From assembly GCA_029060065.1 (NCBI GenBank), contig JAIDUT010000065.1, positions 5,148 through 69,147 of the forward strand: a stretch of DNA of 64,000 nucleotides, written 5' to 3'. The stretch is from Clostridia bacterium (GTDB lineage Bacteria; Bacillota; Clostridia; Christensenellales; UBA3700). The notes beneath the pieces were generated by a model. That model saw nothing but the letters and a program-made list of their open reading frames with translations, had not been told where the DNA came from and did no database searches. This document shows positions 59,048 to 64,000 of the stretch, piece by piece (the first letter of the stretch is position 1; every line of letters starts with the position of its first letter). The position numbers and the translations under genes were made by a program.

Positions 59048-60187
59048 ATGAAAAGACTCGCCGTTGTTGGAATAGGTAGAATGGGCGGTAGACACGCTCG
59101 CAATATCGCGAAGGGCGTCGTAAAGGGCGCAAGGCTTGTGGCGGTATGCGACGTCGACGCGCAAAAGCTAAAAGACTTTGGCGATAAGTTCAAAGTTGCG
59201 ACGTACGCTGACTTGGAAGATATGATTGCCAAAGAGAATTTGGACGGCGTTATTATCGCAACTCCGCACTACTCGCACGTCGAGTTGGCTAAGATTTGCG
59301 TTAACAAAGGCGTAGCCGTACTTGTAGAAAAACCCATTAGCGTGACTGTCAAAGAGGCGAAGGAACTTGTAGATACGCTTGAACAAAATCCTAGAGTGAT
59401 AGGCGCTATGATGTTCAATCAACGCACTAATAAAATGTATCGCAAGGCAAAACAGCTGATTGACAGCGGAGCTATAGGCAATATCCAAAGAGTCAACTTT
59501 ATCGTTACTGACTGGTATCGCACTCAGTTTTATTATGACATGGGCGGTTGGAGAGCAAGTTGGTCGGGCGAAGGCGGTGGAACGCTAATCAATCAATGCG
59601 TACATCAGTTGGACGTGTTGCAATGGCTTGTAGGTATGCCCAAAAGCGTGTTGGCTTACTGCTCGACAAAGAATAGAAATATATCTACGGAAAACGACGT
59701 GACGGCAGTATTGAGATATGATAATTTTGATTGCTCATTTACCGCATCTACGCACGAGGTACCGGGGACGAACAGACTTGAGATTGCCGGAGATAAGGGC
59801 AAAATCGTCGTGGAGAAGTTCAAGATGAATTACTTCCTCAACGAAAAGTGCGAGAGTCAAATCAACGAGTTGTCTAAGAGAGATTATGGCAACAAATGTG
59901 ATAAAAAGAGCAAAAAGCATAAGCTGAGCTACGGTTTGTCGCGAATGATATACGACGGAATCTATGGTCAACAAGCCAGGATAATTTCCAACTTCGTCAA
60001 AGCTTTGGAGAGCGGAAAAAAAGAGGATTTGATTGCAAGGGCGGAAGAGGGATTGAATTGTTTGGAACTTATCAACTCTATCAATCAATCGTCTTGGCTT
60101 GGCAAAGAAGTTAGTTTGCCTTTGGACGGCGAAGAGTATGCGGACTTGCTTGCTCGGAAGATAGAAGAAGAAAAAACTAAAAGTTGA
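59048..60187 (+). CDS. Gfo/Idh/MocA-family oxidoreductase (paralog 1)
   Basis: Rossmann LAVVGIGRMGG, EKP (VLVEKPIS), and GGWRASWSGEGGGTLINQCVHQLD. Confidence 0.85.
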   Translation: MKRLAVVGIGRMGGRHARNIAKGVVKGARLVAVCDVDAQKLKDFGDKFKVATYADLEDMIAKENLDGVIIATPHYSHVELAKICVNKGVAVLVEKPISVTVKEAKELVDTLEQNPRVIGAMMFNQRTNKMYRKAKQLIDSGAIGNIQRVNFIVTDWYRTQFYYDMGGWRASWSGEGGGTLINQCVHQLDVLQWLVGMPKSVLAYCSTKNRNISTENDVTAVLRYDNFDCSFTASTHEVPGTNRLEIAGDKGKIVVEKFKMNYFLNEKCESQINELSKRDYGNKCDKKSKKHKLSYGLSRMIYDGIYGQQARIISNFVKALESGKKEDLIARAEEGLNCLELINSINQSSWLGKEVSLPLDGEEYADLLARKIEEEKTKS

Positions 60188-60245
60188 AATAACGAAATAG
60201 TTACGCAGGTAGCGTTATAAATATATTTAAGCGGAGGAATACATT

Positions 60246-61190
60246 ATGTCAAACATCAAGATTTCAGGTTTTTACGATGAAGTAAGTTCCGATCTTAAGA
60301 CGCAGTTGGACACTATCAAAGAATACGGGGAGAGTTATCTCTGTCCAAGAAAAATCAACGGCAAGAATATTGCAGATTATACTCTTGAAGAGTTCCAAAA
60401 AGACGTCAAGCCAATGCTGGACGAGTACGGTGTAAAATTCTCGTCTATAGGTTCGCCGATAGGCAAAATGCCTTTGAACGACGAAGAAAAGTATAAGGCT
60501 CAATGCAAAAAACTCGAGGAACTTGTCAAGATATGTCAACTTATGGATTGCAAGTATATCCGTATGTTTTCATTTAGAGGTTTAAGCGGGAATTACGAAA
60601 AGGATTTCCCGATAGTAGTCAAAAAGATAAGAGGCTTTTTGGATATAGTCAAGGGAACGGGCGTAATACTTCTTCACGAGAACGAAAAGAGAATATGGGC
60701 AGATACGCCGGAGAGAGTTTTAAGACTTTACAACGAAATCAACGACCCGCAATTCCAGCTTTGCTTTGACGCGTCCAACTACGTTCAATGCGGAGTAGAC
60801 GTGCCTAGCGCGTACCAACAGCTTAAGGACGTGACGGTATATTATCATATCAAAGACTGCGCAAAAGAGAGAGTTGAAGTACCTGTAGGTATGGGCATAG
60901 GCGACTATGAGAATATGATAAAGGACCTTGTGGCAAGAGGTTACGACGGCTTCATGACGTTGGAACCGCACACAGGAAAGTACGCCGACAACAAGGCGCT
61001 CTTCCACAGAATAGGTTGGCTGTTCTTCGGCATAACCTTTGAGCATATCAACAAATGGCGCAAGATTTTCCACGACATTGACAAGGCAAAGGGTATGGGA
61101 CATACTCAAAAGGTTTCAAGACGTCAAATGATGGATTGGCAGTACTACGGACTTAAAGAATTGATAGAAAAGGCAGAAAAGGAGGCTTAA
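60246..61190 (+). CDS. Sugar phosphate isomerase/epimerase family protein (xylose-isomerase-like TIM barrel)
   Basis: LLHENE, CFDASNY, HIKD and TLEPH metal-ligand pattern of the AP_endonuc_2 fold, plus a C-terminal extension of about 70 aa. Confidence 0.8.
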   Translation: MSNIKISGFYDEVSSDLKTQLDTIKEYGESYLCPRKINGKNIADYTLEEFQKDVKPMLDEYGVKFSSIGSPIGKMPLNDEEKYKAQCKKLEELVKICQLMDCKYIRMFSFRGLSGNYEKDFPIVVKKIRGFLDIVKGTGVILLHENEKRIWADTPERVLRLYNEINDPQFQLCFDASNYVQCGVDVPSAYQQLKDVTVYYHIKDCAKERVEVPVGMGIGDYENMIKDLVARGYDGFMTLEPHTGKYADNKALFHRIGWLFFGITFEHINKWRKIFHDIDKAKGMGHTQKVSRRQMMDWQYYGLKELIEKAEKEA

Positions 61191-61192
61191 TT

Positions 61193-62383
61193 ATGGCAAA
61201 GGAAAATAAAGTTAGATACGGAATTATAGGTATAGGTAAGCAAGGTAGCAGATACGCAGGACAGCTCTTTGCGGGCATGGACAAGAACGGCGTTTTGACG
61301 GCAGTATGCGATATCGCCGAGGATAGAAGAGCTTGGGCAGTAGAGAAGTTTGGAGATAAAGTTAAGGTATTCGACAACTATGAAGCCTTGCTGGATAGCA
61401 AACTCGTAGACGTCGTAATAATCGACACTCCGCACTACGCTCATCCGGTGATTGCAAAATCAGCTTTGGAGAGAGATATCAACGTACTCAGCGACAAGCC
61501 GGCGGGCGTATACACCAAGGCTGTAAGAGAGGTAGCCGAGTATGCTAAAGAAAACAAACCTAATCTTAAGTTCGGTCTTTTGTATAACCAAAGGACAAGC
61601 AAGATTTACAAGTCCGCTAAGGCTCTTATCGACGCAGGTGAACTTGGCAATCTTAAGAGAATAGTTTGGATAATCACCAATTGGTACAGACCTCAGGCGT
61701 ATTATTCCCAAGGCGGTTGGAGAGGCACTTGGGCAGGTGAAGGCGGTGGCGTACTTATCAATCAAGACCCGCATCAACTTGACTTGTTCACTTGGCTTGC
61801 AGGTAGCAAGATTACCAGTGTGAACGCAATCGCAAGAACGGTCGGCAGACAAATCAACGTAGAAAACGACGTTACGGCTACTTGTACTTTCGAGAACGGC
61901 GCAACGGGCGTGTTTATCACTTCCACGCACGAAGCTCCCGGAACCAACAGATTGGAGATTTCGGGCGACGGCGGAAAGATGGTGATTTCGGGTAGCAACG
62001 ACTTTAATATGAAACTTGAATTTACAAAGCTCGATACATTAGAGCCTGAATTTTCCAAGACCAACACTGTATTTATGGGCAAGCCTAAGAATAGCAAAAA
62101 GACCGTTAAGTTTATGCCTCACGAGGTATTGAAAGGACTGCTTGCCGACAAAGGTCAGCATATCAACGTAATTCGCAATTTTTCTAACGTAATGCTCGGT
62201 AAAGAAAATAAACTAATCGGCAACTACGAAGAAGGTCTAAACGGTTTGACTTTCTCCAATGCAATTCATCTTTCGGCTTGGCTTGGCAGAACAGTAAGTC
62301 CTCAAGAAGAGGGATTTGAAGATATTTACTACGAAGAACTTCAAAAGAGAATCGAAGAAGAAAAGACAAACAGCGTGAAGTAA
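61193..62383 (+). CDS. Gfo/Idh/MocA-family oxidoreductase (paralog 2)
   Basis: Rossmann YGIIGIGKQGS, DKP (VLSDKPAG), and GGWRGTWAGEGGGVLINQDPHQLD. Clearly paralogous to 59048-60187. Confidence 0.85.
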   Translation: MAKENKVRYGIIGIGKQGSRYAGQLFAGMDKNGVLTAVCDIAEDRRAWAVEKFGDKVKVFDNYEALLDSKLVDVVIIDTPHYAHPVIAKSALERDINVLSDKPAGVYTKAVREVAEYAKENKPNLKFGLLYNQRTSKIYKSAKALIDAGELGNLKRIVWIITNWYRPQAYYSQGGWRGTWAGEGGGVLINQDPHQLDLFTWLAGSKITSVNAIARTVGRQINVENDVTATCTFENGATGVFITSTHEAPGTNRLEISGDGGKMVISGSNDFNMKLEFTKLDTLEPEFSKTNTVFMGKPKNSKKTVKFMPHEVLKGLLADKGQHINVIRNFSNVMLGKENKLIGNYEEGLNGLTFSNAIHLSAWLGRTVSPQEEGFEDIYYEELQKRIEEEKTNSVK

Positions 62384-62406
62384 TAACAAATTTTAGGGAG
62401 CAAATT

Positions 62407-64000
62407 ATGGCATTGAATTATTCGGAAAAAGGCGAGATTATCGTCAAAGAGCAATTTCATAAAAAGGTATGTTTCGACGTAGCCAACAATCGTATTTCTG
62501 CGCAATTCGACGGCAGGGGCGGTATTTCAAAGTACGCCGTAATGAATAAGTATTCGGTATTTTCGGCGTTCTATACGCTATTAACGATCAACGGAAAACC
62601 GCTTGAATATATGTCCGACAAAGAAGTTAAAATGCTTGGCAAAAAGCAGATTACTTCTTTTAGCGAAAAGGGCGCGGATATAGTTATCACGCAATTCCTT
62701 GACAGAGTAAACAACTGCGTTTATGTAGAGAACAAAGTAACTGCAAATGAAGATTTGGTATTCAAAAACGTAACCAATTTCGGTATTGATTTCGGTTCTT
62801 ACGTTCAACAACTTCTTGCCAACAGATTGAACGCAGGAAATATTTCCAAGATAATAGGCGGACTTTTGAAGAAAAATAAAAAGGGCGTTCAAGAGCTTGA
62901 CGGCATGACTTATATCAAAGGCGAAGTCATGGGCGACTTCTATTTGGATATTGCTGTCAATGGCAAAGCCGTAGGTTTGGAGAGCGAGAGAGGATTTTAC
63001 AATCAATTCTCCTATGGCGGTGAGATTAAAGCAGGCGAAACAAAGACGTTCAGATACGTCATCAGCGCGGGTACTAGGAGCGACTTTACGGGGTGCGACG
63101 TCAAGACAGCGCTTAAAAATTTCGATAAAGCATTGGCGGAATGCGACGCATACGCCGACGAGCTCAACTGTCCTAAGCCGTTAGAGGGCAACTTTATGCA
63201 GGCTTACTACAAATCGCTTCTCAACGCTTCGCTTTCAAATTATAAAGAACTGGGCAAGTTCAAAGGCTTTTTGGCAGGTATTGTCTATCAGTATCCTGCA
63301 AGAACGTATTACAGAGACGCTTATTGGACGGTACTCAGTGTACTTCCCGTCAAGCCGGAACTGGTTCGCAACGAGATTATCACGCTTGCAAACGGCATAA
63401 GCAAAAAGGGCGAATGTCCGTCGGCAGTAAAGTTTAATTTTAAGAATTATTGGGGCGACCACTACGACTCGCCGTCATTCTTCGTGCTTATGCTCTACGA
63501 TTATTTGGTACATACAAAGGACTTTGCTATTTTGGATGAAAAGGTCAAGGCGGGCAAAGTAATCGACAGCGCAAATCTAGTACTCAAGAGATTGATGAAA
63601 GAAACCGACGAAACGGGACTTTTAGTCAAAGGCGGAGAATACAACCGTCGCGATTGGTGCGACAACGTATTTAGGTCGACTTACGTAACTTACGACGAGG
63701 CATTATATGCGAGAGCGCTCTTTGCTATGAGCGAAATATACAAGGTATGCTACGGCGACGAGGTCAAGTCAAAGGACTACGCAGACAAGTACGACAAGGT
63801 AGTCAAGGCTATCAACGACTTGCTTTGGGACGAAGAAAAGGGGTGGTACGTCAATTACAAGAGCGATAAATTCGTCGAAGACAATCTATCGATAGATACC
63901 GTCGTAATGGTACTCTTCGGTTTGGCAAGCGAGGAAAGAGCGGACAGAATGCTCAAGAATATGCAAGAGCTTTTGGAGAGCAAAAACAATAAAGAACAGG
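62407..64000 (+). CDS. Probable (alpha/alpha)6-barrel glycoside-hydrolase-like protein (GDE_C / GH63-like); the 3' end lies beyond the window
   Basis: Not in the ORF track because there is no stop. The frame is open from ATG 62407 (RBS TAGGGAG) to the window end. My translation is MALNYSEKGEIIVKEQF...YPARTYYRDAYWTVLSVLP...SPSFFVLMLYDYL...YNRRDWCDNV...YDEALYARALFAM. These aromatic/acidic motifs are typical of six-hairpin glycosidases. The family is not resolved. Confidence 0.5.
   Translation, partial: MALNYSEKGEIIVKEQFHKKVCFDVANNRISAQFDGRGGISKYAVMNKYSVFSAFYTLLTINGKPLEYMSDKEVKMLGKKQITSFSEKGADIVITQFLDRVNNCVYVENKVTANEDLVFKNVTNFGIDFGSYVQQLLANRLNAGNISKIIGGLLKKNKKGVQELDGMTYIKGEVMGDFYLDIAVNGKAVGLESERGFYNQFSYGGEIKAGETKTFRYVISAGTRSDFTGCDVKTALKNFDKALAECDAYADELNCPKPLEGNFMQAYYKSLLNASLSNYKELGKFKGFLAGIVYQYPARTYYRDAYWTVLSVLPVKPELVRNEIITLANGISKKGECPSAVKFNFKNYWGDHYDSPSFFVLMLYDYLVHTKDFAILDEKVKAGKVIDSANLVLKRLMKETDETGLLVKGGEYNRRDWCDNVFRSTYVTYDEALYARALFAMSEIYKVCYGDEVKSKDYADKYDKVVKAINDLLWDEEKGWYVNYKSDKFVEDNLSIDTVVMVLFGLASEERADRMLKNMQELLESKNNKEQ

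Noticed and set aside
1-64000. A search for mobile elements, prophage genes, CRISPR arrays, tRNA/rRNA genes and obvious toxin-antitoxin or restriction-modification pairs.
   Set aside because: I recognised no transposase, integrase, recombinase or Cas motifs. I also saw no tRNA-like T-arm (GGTTCGAAT-type) sequences and no repeat-spacer arrays. The only NPPY methyltransferase (5628-6353) lacks a partner nuclease or specificity subunit and looks like a tRNA/rRNA-type enzyme.

Overview
This 64-kb window looks like a chromosomal segment of a low-GC Gram-positive, Clostridia-like bacterium. That placement is an inference from a T-box leader, Prp-processed L27, the minD / M50-protease / rng / rplU neighbourhood and AGGAGG ribosome-binding sites. 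I support about 55 protein genes. I recognised no rRNA, tRNA, CRISPR array, transposase, integrase or phage genes. All family calls come from motif reading only, because no HMM or BLAST search was possible.

Gene content, left to right:
- a NitT/TauT-type ABC importer on the minus strand
- a Trp-specific T-box leader followed by a stand-alone TrpB2-like gene and a cupin
- a small kinase-like ORF and an XRE regulator
- an N6-adenine methyltransferase
- a 51-aa rubredoxin that the ORF track misses
- a 1,522-aa helicase-nuclease fusion
- a polar amino-acid ABC importer with an apparently circularly permuted binding protein and an ATPase carrying a large insertion
- an 8.5-kb gene for a 2,829-aa MBG-repeat surface protein, start/stop-coupled to a 689-aa membrane protein with a tandem unknown domain
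- minD, minE, a small ORF and an M50 protease
- glcK
- a radical SAM gene, a DUF2344-like gene and RNase G
- an oppositely oriented vat, rplU, prp and rpmA block
- ogg, a NYN-domain gene, an O-antigen-ligase-like gene, rimK and an orphan ilvN
- a heterodimeric ABC exporter, nadE, a lipoprotein and a GH38 mannosidase
- an AraC regulator with eda-kdgK-uxaC-uxuA-uxuB
- a co-directional cluster of three Gfo/Idh/MocA oxidoreductases, a xylose-isomerase-like TIM barrel, a PHP hydrolase, a GDPD-like protein and a glycoside-hydrolase-like protein

Best candidates for novelty:
- the giant adhesin plus coupled membrane-protein pair, including a G7 tract that could drive phase variation
- the oxidoreductase / TIM-barrel cluster, a possible oxidative glycoside-cleavage pathway
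- the stand-alone helicase-nuclease gene, a possible single-gene defence module
- a small dispersed stop-codon-proximal repeat family
- the permuted binding protein
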